A stretch of 64,000 nucleotides of DNA. Source: Candidatus Auribacterota bacterium (GTDB lineage Bacteria; Auribacterota; JAFGBW01; JAFGJP01). The notes below the pieces were generated by a model that was not told the DNA's origin, did not search any database, and saw only the letters and a list, made by a program, of their open reading frames with translations. Below, piece by piece: positions 10,469 through 20,315 of this stretch; the stretch's first letter is position 1; every line of letters begins with the position of its first letter. Location: assembly GCA_023144635.1 (NCBI GenBank), contig JAGLFH010000030.1:18386-82385 (forward strand), written 5' to 3'. The position numbers and the translations under genes were made by a program.

Positions 10469-11197
10469 TTAATCCCAAATCTCTGAATATCCTTTTCCTA
10501 AATAGGCACGTTTTATCTCTTGGTTTGTCTTAAGTTCATCAGTATCTCCTTCAAGGATGATCGATCCTGTTTCGATCACATATGCCCGATCTGCGATCTC
10601 AAGTGCTTTTTGGGCATTTTGTTCTACAATAAGTATTGTCTTACCCTGTTCTTTGAGTTGTTTTAAAATACCGAATACATCGTTTATAAAAATAGGGGCA
10701 AGTCCCATGGACGGCTCATCAAGCAACATTATTTCCGGTTGTGCCATTAAGCCTCTTCCTATTGCGAGGATCTGCTGTTCTCCTCCTGAAAGAGTGCCTC
10801 CAGCCTGATCCTTTTTTTTACGAAGAAGCGGAAGCATCTCAAAAATTTTATTTATATTTTTTTTGCATGTGCTTAATTTTTCTCTTTTTGAATATGAGCC
10901 TAAAAGGAGATTATCCCAAACAGAGAGATCAGGAAAAATGCAGCGTCCTTCAGGAACGTGTACAATACCAAGATCTACTGCTTTATTATATTTCAGATCA
11001 GACATATCTTGATCTCTAAAAAACATACTTCCATTAACAGAAGTAATAATTCGTGAAATACAGTTTAATATCGTACTTTTCCCGGCACCGTTGTTCCCTA
11101 TAAGAGCTACTATCTCTCCTTCTTTTACATGAAGAGAGACGTTACGAAGTGCCTGAATATCATCGTAAAATGCATTTAGATTTTTAATGTAAAGCAT
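10469..11197 (-). CDS. livF: branched-chain/aromatic amino acid ABC transporter ATP-binding protein (LivF-type)
   Basis: Walker A GNNGAGKST, signature LSGGEQQ, Walker B LLDEP. Confidence 0.85.
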   Translation of the reverse strand: MLYIKNLNAFYDDIQALRNVSLHVKEGEIVALIGNNGAGKSTILNCISRIITSVNGSMFFRDQDMSDLKYNKAVDLGIVHVPEGRCIFPDLSVWDNLLLGSYSKREKLSTCKKNINKIFEMLPLLRKKKDQAGGTLSGGEQQILAIGRGLMAQPEIMLLDEPSMGLAPIFINDVFGILKQLKEQGKTILIVEQNAQKALEIADRAYVIETGSIILEGDTDELKTNQEIKRAYLGKGYSEIWD

Positions 11198-11211
11198 AAT
11201 AAAATATAAAT

Positions 11212-11964
11212 TTATTCTCCTAAATAAGCTTTTATAACATTAGGATCATTTTGGATCTCTCTTGGAGATCCTTGAGCTATTTTTTCTCCAAAATTCAAAA
11301 CAAAAACAATATTGCTTATATCCATAATAAGATCCATATCGTGTTCAACTATAATAACAGTCAGCCTTTTTTCTTTATTTATAGAAATAATTAATTTTGC
11401 AAGTTCCATTGTTTCGTTGTTATTAAGCCCTGCAGCAGGCTCATCAAGGAGTATAAGTTCCGGTTCAAGGCTGAGAGCTCTTGCTATTTCCAATTGTCTT
11501 TGACATCCAAACGGAAGGGATCCGGCAATTTTATCTTGAAATCGCAACAGTCCAAAAAGGGAAAGCAGGAGACGCGATTTTTCTTTAAGCTCGTCTTCTT
11601 CTTTTTTCATATATGGCATGTGAAATGCCGAAGAGAATATGCCGCTTTTTGCACGGATGTGTGCTCCTACAAGAATATTTTCAAGGACGGTCATATGCGA
11701 AAATATCTGTAGATTCTGAAATGTCCGTGCAATGCCGAATCGGCTTATTATAAAAGGTTTTTTATTGGTTATATTGTTTCCTTTAAAAAAAATTCCCCCG
11801 CTGTCGGTCTGATAATGACCGGAGACTATATTTAATAGTGTTGTTTTTCCAGCACCGTTTGGGCCTATCACAGCATTGATCTTGCCGGGAATACAGTTAA
11901 AGGCAACATCATTTAAAGCTTTTACTCCGCCAAAATTTTTTGTAATATTTTTTATCTCAAGCAT
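11212..11964 (-). CDS. livG: ABC transporter ATP-binding protein (LivG-type)
   Basis: Walker A GPNGAGKTT, Walker B LLDEPAAG; C-terminal extension typical of LivG. Confidence 0.85.
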   Translation of the reverse strand: MLEIKNITKNFGGVKALNDVAFNCIPGKINAVIGPNGAGKTTLLNIVSGHYQTDSGGIFFKGNNITNKKPFIISRFGIARTFQNLQIFSHMTVLENILVGAHIRAKSGIFSSAFHMPYMKKEEDELKEKSRLLLSLFGLLRFQDKIAGSLPFGCQRQLEIARALSLEPELILLDEPAAGLNNNETMELAKLIISINKEKRLTVIIVEHDMDLIMDISNIVFVLNFGEKIAQGSPREIQNDPNVIKAYLGE

Positions 11965-13042
11965 TTTCTTGTTTCTTTTTAAAAAGTAATCTATTTAATT
12001 TTTGATATAAGTGAATTATTCCCCCAGTTAAACCTTCCGGAAAGAAGAGCATAACAAAGAGGATGATCATGCCGTATATGGCAATATGATAATCTCCTAT
12101 ATTTATATTCAGAGAAAAAGTTTTATTAAAGACGTGTTCCAGTTCATGAAGTATGTAAGTCAAAGATGTAAGAAGCGAGGCCCCGAGGATTGCGCCGTAA
12201 ATAGTTCTTGCTCCTCCCACAACGACCATTGTTACAAAAGTGATAGAATGAGTAATATTGAAATCAGAAGGAGCAATAAATCTTTTGTAGTGTGCAAATA
12301 AACAGCCTGCTATGGCTGTATAGATGGCGCTTAGCGTAAAAATAGTGTTTTTGTATTTAGCAACATCTATTCCCAAAGAAAGGGCGGCAGGTTCACTATC
12401 ATGAATAGATTTAAGAGCACGTCCTATGCGGGAATTAATTATATTTTCTGAAATAATAACAAGAACGAAAAGGACACTCCATACTATAATATAGGAATTT
12501 AGTTTACGTGTAAGATGAAGATAGTTTTTTGCAAACTCTTTTCCGCCTATCCAGAGGAAAGGGATCTTGCGGAATCCATCAAAACCATCTGTTAACGGAA
12601 CATGGATAAAAAGTGTATACAGTATGATCCCAAGTCCGAGAGTAGCCATTGCAAGGTAATGTCCTTTAAGCTTAAGTATAGGAATACCGATCAGAAAGAT
12701 TATGATCCCTGTTAAAATAATTGCAGCAGGTATCGAAACATACATTGGTAATCCGAATTTTCCGTCAGATGTGCTTGACATAATACCCGTAATATATGCT
12801 GATAACCCGAATATTCCTGCGTGTCCAAGAGAAACCTGTCCTGCATAACCTATCAGCATATTAAGACCTATAACAATAATACTGTATATTCCTATTCCTA
12901 TGATAATTCCTCTGTAATAATTACTTTTGAAAATAAATGGAAGTGCTATTATTAAAATTAGAAGAAGGATTCTTTTTAAGAAAACGTTTGGCAGATTGTT
13001 TTGTTTGATCATATTAAACCCTTGATGTTGTTTTTCCTGCAA
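11957..13042 (-). CDS. livM: ABC transporter permease (LivM-type)
   Basis: Polytopic membrane protein between livG and livH; overlapping start/stop codons. Confidence 0.8.
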   Translation of the reverse strand: MQEKQHQGFNMIKQNNLPNVFLKRILLLILIIALPFIFKSNYYRGIIIGIGIYSIIVIGLNMLIGYAGQVSLGHAGIFGLSAYITGIMSSTSDGKFGLPMYVSIPAAIILTGIIIFLIGIPILKLKGHYLAMATLGLGIILYTLFIHVPLTDGFDGFRKIPFLWIGGKEFAKNYLHLTRKLNSYIIVWSVLFVLVIISENIINSRIGRALKSIHDSEPAALSLGIDVAKYKNTIFTLSAIYTAIAGCLFAHYKRFIAPSDFNITHSITFVTMVVVGGARTIYGAILGASLLTSLTYILHELEHVFNKTFSLNINIGDYHIAIYGMIILFVMLFFPEGLTGGIIHLYQKLNRLLFKKKQENA

Positions 13043-13925
13043 AAAGGCCTTCCGGTTTTATAACCAGAATAAGAAGCATGAAAATAATAACGATAAGTTC
13101 CTTATAATTTGAAACTTGAAAAAGATGAAATGTTGCTATATCCCCATATCCAATTACATAAGCTTCCATTAGACCCAGCATCATTCCGCAACCAACTGCT
13201 CCTATTAGATTTCCAAGGCTTCCCAGAACAGCGGCACAAAATCCTTTTATGCCCCAGAAAATACCTGAGTCGTAAGACATGCCAAGTTTTGGTGTAATGA
13301 CGATTCCGGCGATAGCACCAAGCATGCCGCTTAAAATGAAAGCAATAGAAGTCATTTTTTCAACATTGATCCCCATGAGCATGGCTGCTTTTTTATTTGA
13401 TGCACAGGCTTTCATTGATTTGCCTGTTATAGTAAATTCAAAAAAAAGCACTACAAGAAAAAGAGTTACAAGAGTAACAACAAATATCCAGACATCCTGT
13501 GTTACAATATTAGCGCCGCCAATAGTTATAATTGCATCAGATGTAAACGCAGGAAACCGCTTCCCTGGATCTTTCCAAAAAAGAGCCATTGCAAGCCCTC
13601 TTAGAAGAATGGCAGCTCCTATAGTTACAATAATAAGAGTTAAAAGTTTTGCTTTTCTCTTTTTACATTGCCTGATAGCAATAAATTCCAGAAGAAAAGA
13701 AATGAGGCTGACTATTGTTACTGATAATAAAATTGTTAGAGGAAGATCAAAATGAAGTTGTTCTCTAAAATAAATAGCCAGCATACCGCCAAGAACAACA
13801 AAGTTTCCCTGTGCAAAATTAATAATATTAGTTGATTTATATATAATGGTAAAGCCAAGTGCAATAAGGGCATAAATTGATCCCGTTACAAGACCTGACA
13901 ATGTGTATTGAATAAAAGAACTCAT
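13014..13925 (-). CDS. livH: ABC transporter permease (LivH-type)
   Basis: Polytopic membrane protein; N-term MSSFIQYTLSGLVTGSIYALIALGFTIIY typical of LivH. Confidence 0.8.
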   Translation of the reverse strand: MSSFIQYTLSGLVTGSIYALIALGFTIIYKSTNIINFAQGNFVVLGGMLAIYFREQLHFDLPLTILLSVTIVSLISFLLEFIAIRQCKKRKAKLLTLIIVTIGAAILLRGLAMALFWKDPGKRFPAFTSDAIITIGGANIVTQDVWIFVVTLVTLFLVVLFFEFTITGKSMKACASNKKAAMLMGINVEKMTSIAFILSGMLGAIAGIVITPKLGMSYDSGIFWGIKGFCAAVLGSLGNLIGAVGCGMMLGLMEAYVIGYGDIATFHLFQVSNYKELIVIIFMLLILVIKPEGLFAGKTTSRV

Positions 13926-14044
13926 ATGTAATAGGCTATGTTGTTAATTAAAATGGTAATAAAGCTTGATAAATAAATATCAAGCTTTATTAATAAGCAT
14001 ATAAATAAGATTAAAAGCTAAAGGGCTTTTATTTGAACAAACTC

Positions 14045-15190
14045 TTATTTTAAAAGAGACCAACTGCCGTCTTTAATCGTTATTATAGCAAAAGCATCTT
14101 CTGTTAAGCCATTATGTTCTTTAGGAGAAAATTGGAAAATCCCGCTGATTCCTACATACTTCATGTTCTCAATAGTTTCTCGGATCTTTGCTTTATCTGT
14201 TCCTGCTATTTCAATAGCTTTTACCATTATCATCAAAGCATCGTATCCGTGGCCTCCGAATGTATCGGGATCTTTTCCGTATTTTTCTTTGAAGTCCTTT
14301 TTATATTTTAAAAGTATACTTTTCTGCAAATTGCCGTCATCAAGTTTTTCTGCAATTAGAAGCCTTCCTGCAGGAAGTATGTTGCCTTCACATGCATCGC
14401 CTGCAAGCTCAATGAACTTTTTTGATGCAATACCGTGGCTTTGTACAAGAAGCGTCTTCATGCCTAGTTCTTTCATATTCCTTGCTACATAAGCCGGACC
14501 TGGATTTGTACCCCAACATATGATTGCATCAGGAGCCTGTTCTTTAATTTTAGTCAGCTGTGGTTTTAAATCAGTAATTTTGGGATCAAATGTTTCGTTT
14601 GCTATAACTTTAAAGCCAAATTTTTCTACAGCTGCTTCCAGCTCTTTTTGTCCACTCTTTCCAAAAGCGTTGGCAACTGTGAGAAGAGCTATTTTTTTAA
14701 TATTATTTTTTTTAAGATGGGTGTAAATTTTTTTAACGGCTATCCTGTCGTTCTGAGCTGTTTTAAAAACCCATTTTCTTTCGCTTGCCGGCTCAATTAT
14801 TTTTATGCTGGCTGCAGCAGAGACAAGAGGAATTTCATTTTCATTTGCAAGGTCTACTATAGCAAGAGATGTTCCAGAAAGTGTTGGCCCGATAATGCCA
14901 ATAACATTATCTTCTTCTATTAATTTTGTTGCAAAATTGACGGTTTTTGATGCATCGCCTTCTGTATCATATATAATAAGCTCAACTAATTTCCCGTTTA
15001 TGCCGCCTTTTGCATTAATTTGTTCTACCAGCATTTCAACGCTTTCTTTCTCTGGTGTTCCAAGAAAAGCAGTTCTTCCTGTTACTGAAAAAAGAGCACC
15101 TATTTTAATAGTCTCTTCATTTGCAAAAAGACAAGTAACAGTAGAAAAAACGATTAAAAATATTGAAAAAAACATAAAAGATTTTTTCAT
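14045..15190 (-). CDS. livK: periplasmic amino-acid/aryl-acid binding protein (LivK/LivJ family)
   Basis: Signal peptide; type-I periplasmic binding fold motifs IKIGALFSVTGRTAFLG ... GIIGPTLSGTS. Confidence 0.8.
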   Translation of the reverse strand: MKKSFMFFSIFLIVFSTVTCLFANEETIKIGALFSVTGRTAFLGTPEKESVEMLVEQINAKGGINGKLVELIIYDTEGDASKTVNFATKLIEEDNVIGIIGPTLSGTSLAIVDLANENEIPLVSAAASIKIIEPASERKWVFKTAQNDRIAVKKIYTHLKKNNIKKIALLTVANAFGKSGQKELEAAVEKFGFKVIANETFDPKITDLKPQLTKIKEQAPDAIICWGTNPGPAYVARNMKELGMKTLLVQSHGIASKKFIELAGDACEGNILPAGRLLIAEKLDDGNLQKSILLKYKKDFKEKYGKDPDTFGGHGYDALMIMVKAIEIAGTDKAKIRETIENMKYVGISGIFQFSPKEHNGLTEDAFAIITIKDGSWSLLK

Positions 15191-15305
15191 ATTTACCTCC
15201 TGTTAAAATTGACCAATTTTATGTATTTATGATAATATTATTAACATTATACAGAAAAAAATATTTTTAAAAAGTATATTTGAGATATTTCATAAATTAT
15301 TCTGT

Positions 15306-15737
15306 TTAAAGATTATACACCTGTTCACCTGAAAGAATATTAATATCGTGTTTTTTTAGTGCTTCAATTGCTTTTTCAATGTTTTCAAAGCGGAGGACAA
15401 GAATAGCTTTATCAAAAGATTTTTCAACAAAAGCATACATATATTCTAGATTTATGTTTTCTTCAGAAAGGATTCCAAGTATTCCGTTAAGGCCTCCCGG
15501 CTTGTCAGGGACTTCAACGGCAAGGACTTCTGTTTCATTTACCGTAAAATTAGCTTCTTTTAAAATATCGTGCGCTTTTGCTATATCATTAACTATAAGC
15601 CGTAATATCCCAAAATCTGCAGTATCTGCAAGTGAAAGTGCGCGTATATTGATATTCTGTTCGTAAAGAAGTTTTGCTATTTCAGCAAGTCGTCCTGATC
15701 TGTTTTCAATAAATATTGATAATTGTTTAAGTTTCAT
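15306..15737 (-). CDS. ACT-domain protein (PaaK-associated type)
   Basis: 143 aa with two ACT-like halves; position between the PaaK ligase and the liv transporter matches a conserved arrangement. Confidence 0.7.
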   Translation of the reverse strand: MKLKQLSIFIENRSGRLAEIAKLLYEQNINIRALSLADTADFGILRLIVNDIAKAHDILKEANFTVNETEVLAVEVPDKPGGLNGILGILSEENINLEYMYAFVEKSFDKAILVLRFENIEKAIEALKKHDINILSGEQVYNL

Positions 15738-15813
15738 GTCAGTCTCCTGTCAGATTAATAAACTTTTAGATCTATTCCTTTCTGAATATTACTTGAGGTG
15801 TAATATGCAGAAC

Positions 15814-17115
15814 CTACAGTTTTCTTTTATCTATGACTCTTTTGGCTTTTCCCATGCTTCTTTCAATTGTTTTGGGCTCTACCAGTTTTATATTGACCAT
15901 TATACCCAGAACAGATTCTATCTCTTTTTTGATCTTTCCGCTTAAGTTCTCCAGATTTTTTACTTCGTCTGAAAAAACTTTTTCATTTACCTCGACTTGA
16001 ACTTCCATTATATCCATTGAATGCTGACGATCTACTACAATAAGGTAATGCGGTTCAGCTCCTTCTACTTGAAGAAGCACAGTCTCTATCTGGGATGGAA
16101 AAACGTTTACGCCTCTGATAATGATCATGTCATCAGTTCTTCCTGCAACCTTTGACATGCGCGGAAGAGTTCGTTTGCACTCTGGACATGGCGAATAATC
16201 AAGACTTACAATATCACCTATTTTGTAGCGTATTAACGGGAGCGCTTCTTTTGTAAGGGTTGTTATTACAAGCTCACCCTTTTCCCCTTCTTCTACGTGT
16301 TTTCCTGTTTTTGGATCTATAACTTCAGGATAGAAAAAATCGCTGGATATATGAAGCCCGCATTTGCCTTGACATTCAAAGGAAACCCCCGGACCGATTA
16401 TTTCTGAAAGTCCATAAATATCCATTGCTTGTATGTTCCATATTTTTTCGATTTCTTTTCGCATTCCATCGCTCCAGGGCTCAGCTCCGAGAATGCCTAT
16501 ACGGATGCTTGTTTTTGCAGGATCTATTCCCATTTCACGGGCTTCTTCAGCCATGAAAAGGGCGTATGACGGAGTACATGTCAAAATAGTTGTCTTAAAA
16601 TCCTGCATAAGCATAAGCTGGCGTTTAGTTCCTCCTGATGATACCGGAACAACAGCAGCTCCTAGTTCGAGGGCACCGTAGTGAACTCCGAGTCCTCCTG
16701 TAAAAAGACCATATCCGTAAGCATTTTGAACAATATCCTTTGAAGTGCCGCCAACTCCGGCTATTGTGCGTGCCATTACGGTTGACCAAAGTTTTATATC
16801 ATTTTTTGTGTAAGCGACAACTGTTGGTTTTCCGGTTGTTCCGCTGGATGCATGAATTTCAAGTATTTCTTCCATGGGAACAGCAAAAAGCTTAAAAGGA
16901 TAGTTATCTCTAAGATCTACTTTTTTTGTGAAGGGGAGTTTTTCAATATCATCTATAGATTGGATGTGTTCAGGTTTTAATCCGATCTCGTCAAATTTCT
17001 TTTTATAAAAAGGAACTCTTTCATAAACACGATTCACGAGGTTTTTAAGGCGGTTACTTTGCAGCTCTTTCATTTCATCCGGCAGCATACATTCTTCTTT
17101 CTCATTAAAGATCAC
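15814..17115 (-). CDS. paaK: phenylacetate-CoA ligase family (aryl-acid-CoA ligase)
   Basis: Intact P-loop SSGTTGKPT and GYGLFTGG motif; 433 aa. Confidence 0.85.
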   Translation of the reverse strand: MIFNEKEECMLPDEMKELQSNRLKNLVNRVYERVPFYKKKFDEIGLKPEHIQSIDDIEKLPFTKKVDLRDNYPFKLFAVPMEEILEIHASSGTTGKPTVVAYTKNDIKLWSTVMARTIAGVGGTSKDIVQNAYGYGLFTGGLGVHYGALELGAAVVPVSSGGTKRQLMLMQDFKTTILTCTPSYALFMAEEAREMGIDPAKTSIRIGILGAEPWSDGMRKEIEKIWNIQAMDIYGLSEIIGPGVSFECQGKCGLHISSDFFYPEVIDPKTGKHVEEGEKGELVITTLTKEALPLIRYKIGDIVSLDYSPCPECKRTLPRMSKVAGRTDDMIIIRGVNVFPSQIETVLLQVEGAEPHYLIVVDRQHSMDIMEVQVEVNEKVFSDEVKNLENLSGKIKKEIESVLGIMVNIKLVEPKTIERSMGKAKRVIDKRKL

Positions 17116-17214
17116 TTGAACCTCCTTTCAAAAAATAATTATAATAAAATAAAAAAAGTGTGTGGCTATTTTATAACACACACACTTTCTTGTTCCAGCT
17201 AAAAAAATAATTAA

Positions 17215-18501
17215 TTAAAACTTATACAATAATTCATATCTACAAAAATATCCGTTATCCTGGCTTTCTTCAGCATAATAATTACCTGGTTTTAGATATT
17301 CATAAAGAAAATGTCCTGTTAATGATTCGTTAAATTTGTATACAGTTTTAAATGTATATAGCCATCCTCTTTCCAAGTCGTCGCCGAAAATGCGTGTGTT
17401 TTCAAGAGGAGTTTCATTTGCTCTCATATAATTGATGCTGCCGTAAAGTGATAGCTTTTCGGTTGGCACAAGACCGCAGCTTAAAGTATACAGCTGGATA
17501 TTATCTACAGTTGCAACATGAGTTTCCTGAACATAAGTGTATATGTAAAGCTCACTGAAACGCGGCCACCTTCCATAAACAGGATCCCATGCTTCAGAAT
17601 CTGCAGTGGTTGTATCCTCTCCCGGAAGATAAATATATGAAAATTTGAACTTTGGTGAATATTTCATGTCTATAGGTTTGTATGTAAGTGTAATTTCACC
17701 AGCAAGTCCGGTATTGACATCAAGACCAGCAAGTTCTCCGAACTGGTATGCCAGCTCAGCAGAATAAGAAACTTCTTCACTGAAGTTACCAAGTATCCTT
17801 GAACCAAGAGTGCTTGATTTCCTGTCAGTACCGTCAGAATCAGTTTTGTGATAATAATAGTATCCTTCTAAAGTAATATCATCTATCTTTCCAGATGCTA
17901 TGATGCCATGCACATCTTCATCTTCTTCGGTAAGAAGCATGTCTTGATTGTTGATCTTTCCAATAGGATCATCACTTTTTACGCGTGATAGGAAAATATC
18001 AAGATTTAAATTGTCAAACTTAAACATTTGTCTTATTGCATCGGTATAAATTGTCCGGGAACCGTCAAGAGGGGTTCCGTCAAGAACAAGAAGACGGCTT
18101 CCCTGTACAATATCCTGACGTCCGATGCGTGTTGTTGAAAGTACTTCTTCGCCAGTCTTAAATTCAATAAAAAGATTGTCTATAACAAATTCATCTCTGT
18201 TGAATTCGTCATCCATATCAGGATCGATGTAATAACGGGGTTCACCGGTTATTCTTGCATAAAATCGAAAAGTTTCTGATGGTGCATATTCTCCGAAAGT
18301 ACGTAGTCTAAACCTGAAAAAGTTAAAATTGTCATCATTATCGCTGTTCGTATCGATAATATTATCGAAGAATACTTGTCTCAACCTAAAATCTCCGCCT
18401 ATTTTATATGTTTCGCCTTCAAAAAGCGCATAGGCTGGGGTTGAAATGACGAACAAAGCTAAAATGCTGATCAGCAAGCTGATAATATAGCTTTTGCGCA
18501 T
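17215..18501 (-). CDS. outer-membrane beta-barrel protein (porin/alginate-export-like), function unknown
   Basis: Signal peptide ...TPAYA; alternating amphipathic strands; terminal aromatic ...YELLYKF. Confidence 0.55.
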   Translation of the reverse strand: MRKSYIISLLISILALFVISTPAYALFEGETYKIGGDFRLRQVFFDNIIDTNSDNDDNFNFFRFRLRTFGEYAPSETFRFYARITGEPRYYIDPDMDDEFNRDEFVIDNLFIEFKTGEEVLSTTRIGRQDIVQGSRLLVLDGTPLDGSRTIYTDAIRQMFKFDNLNLDIFLSRVKSDDPIGKINNQDMLLTEEDEDVHGIIASGKIDDITLEGYYYYHKTDSDGTDRKSSTLGSRILGNFSEEVSYSAELAYQFGELAGLDVNTGLAGEITLTYKPIDMKYSPKFKFSYIYLPGEDTTTADSEAWDPVYGRWPRFSELYIYTYVQETHVATVDNIQLYTLSCGLVPTEKLSLYGSINYMRANETPLENTRIFGDDLERGWLYTFKTVYKFNESLTGHFLYEYLKPGNYYAEESQDNGYFCRYELLYKF

Positions 18502-18661
18502 ACTCTACCTCCTGTCCACGTTAACGTTATGTATGTTTTTTATAAAAGTTATCATTAATAAAAAAAAAGTCAATAAAGAAATCATAAATTAGGTTTGTAA
18601 AATTAGTCCTAGATTTAGCTGCGGTGAAGAATATGCATGTTGAAGGTGCTTTTAAAATTGA

Positions 18662-19708
18662 TTACTTGTTCTTATTAAATACTTTTATTACTTTTGGATA
18701 AATAAGTAAAAGTATTAATATGACAGCAGAAATATGCTTTATACTAGTTGGTATAAAGCCTCCTTCATGCACAAGCATCTTTCCTTCTATACTAGTTGAA
18801 TAGAAGTAATCCGTTAAAAGACCAAATATAAGAGAGGATATGATTATTGCAAATAGATATATTATAAGAGTTTTTTTACCAAGCTTTCCTCCTACAAAAG
18901 AAAGCGTTGCAGTATTTGTGGCAGGTCCGGCTATAAGAAATACAAGGCCTGCTCCCGGAGACATACCTTTAAGGATCAGTGATGCTGCAATAGGGATAGA
19001 GCCTGTTGCGCATACATAAAGAGGGATTGCTATTAAAAACATTATAGGATAAGCAAGAAAAGGATTTCCCAGATATCTTTCAATAAAATCGGTAGAAATA
19101 AAATAGCTTATCATTCCGCCTGTTACAATGCCTATTACCAGCCATTTTCCTACATCCTGTAAAAGCACCTTAAATGCATATCTAAAAATTTCTTTAGTTT
19201 TTTCTTTTAATGTATGCTCATGTTCGGTATCTATTTTGCATATAACGCATGGATCTTTGTTCTCTTTTTTTTCAATATCTTTTATCTCTTTTTCTGAAAA
19301 ACGCACCATTATACCTGCTAGGGTTCCTGCAAAAAAAGCGCAGACAGGTCTTATTATGGCAAAAAGCGGGCCAAGAAGAGCATATGTTGCCATTATGGAA
19401 TCAACTCCTGTTGTAGGAGTTGATGTTAAAAAAGAAAGTGTAGGGGCGTTCCCTGCACCTTGCTTTTTAATATGAGCTGCTACAGGGATCACCCCGCAAG
19501 AGCATATAGGTAAAGGCACACCAATAAGTGATGCACGCACAATAGAGCGTAAAGAATTTCCTGAAAGATATTTTCCGATTCTGTTTCCAGGAAGCAGTAC
19601 ATGAAGGATACCTGCAATAGAAAATCCGAAAAGCAGATAAGGGGCCATTTCTGCAAGCAGACTCCATATTTCACAAAGTACACCGTAAAATGTATTTAAA
19701 AAATTCAT
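18662..19708 (-). CDS. permease of the COG0701/ArsP-like family (CSC-motif permease)
   Basis: 8-10 TM helices; conserved PICSCGVIP motif; cytoplasmic loop with CVICK. Confidence 0.6.
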   Translation of the reverse strand: MNFLNTFYGVLCEIWSLLAEMAPYLLFGFSIAGILHVLLPGNRIGKYLSGNSLRSIVRASLIGVPLPICSCGVIPVAAHIKKQGAGNAPTLSFLTSTPTTGVDSIMATYALLGPLFAIIRPVCAFFAGTLAGIMVRFSEKEIKDIEKKENKDPCVICKIDTEHEHTLKEKTKEIFRYAFKVLLQDVGKWLVIGIVTGGMISYFISTDFIERYLGNPFLAYPIMFLIAIPLYVCATGSIPIAASLILKGMSPGAGLVFLIAGPATNTATLSFVGGKLGKKTLIIYLFAIIISSLIFGLLTDYFYSTSIEGKMLVHEGGFIPTSIKHISAVILILLLIYPKVIKVFNKNK

Positions 19709-19890
19709 TATAACCTTTTATTTATACTATTAACATTTTTAGAAACTATTCTATTCGAATTTAATTGTTAAAAGAAGCGAAATTACTGATTATGCATCAG
19801 TTGCAGATATTTATAGAAGTATCTCAAATTATTAAATATATTAAGCTCATCTCGTAATTTAAAGTATAGAAATTTCAAAGAGTAACAATA

Positions 19891-20244
19891 TCACCACGAA
19901 GGACACGAAGAGCACGAAGGGAGATTTGATGAATTATCAAATCAAGTAATTGAAGGCGTCATCAATAAATATAGAGTTCTTGGTGCTGAATTACTCAACT
20001 CAAACTACGAACAGTGTTTAGCTTAGCGATATCTTATAAATTACAGCATCTTTTTCTATTTAGAATAAAGGAATAAAATTAGATTGTGGCTTTAGATTGA
20101 CATTTACATTTTTTCATGAGCTCAACTTCTAGCTTATATGAAATAAACAAAAATTAGAGTATGATTGAAATGAATTTTAATTTATTTATATTGAATGAAG
20201 AGGTCAAAAGATATGTTTTAAATATCTTCGTGTCCTTCGTGCTG
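19891..20244. repeat. ~350-bp AT-rich element bounded by 19-bp imperfect inverted repeats built from CACGAAG sub-repeats; contains a start-less ORF remnant
   Basis: Left end caCCACGAAGGACACGAAG (19891-19909, then a third CACGAAG); right end CTTCGTGTCCTTCGTGctg (20226-20244), the reverse complement with 1 mismatch. Internal frame ...IEGVINKYRVLGAELLNSNYEQCLA* has no start codon. Confidence 0.5.
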
Positions 20245-20315
20245 AAATATAAGTTAGTTTGATGGGGGATAGGCCTAATTAAACTTTTCATGCGGAAAGT
20301 TGTAACTTACAATGG

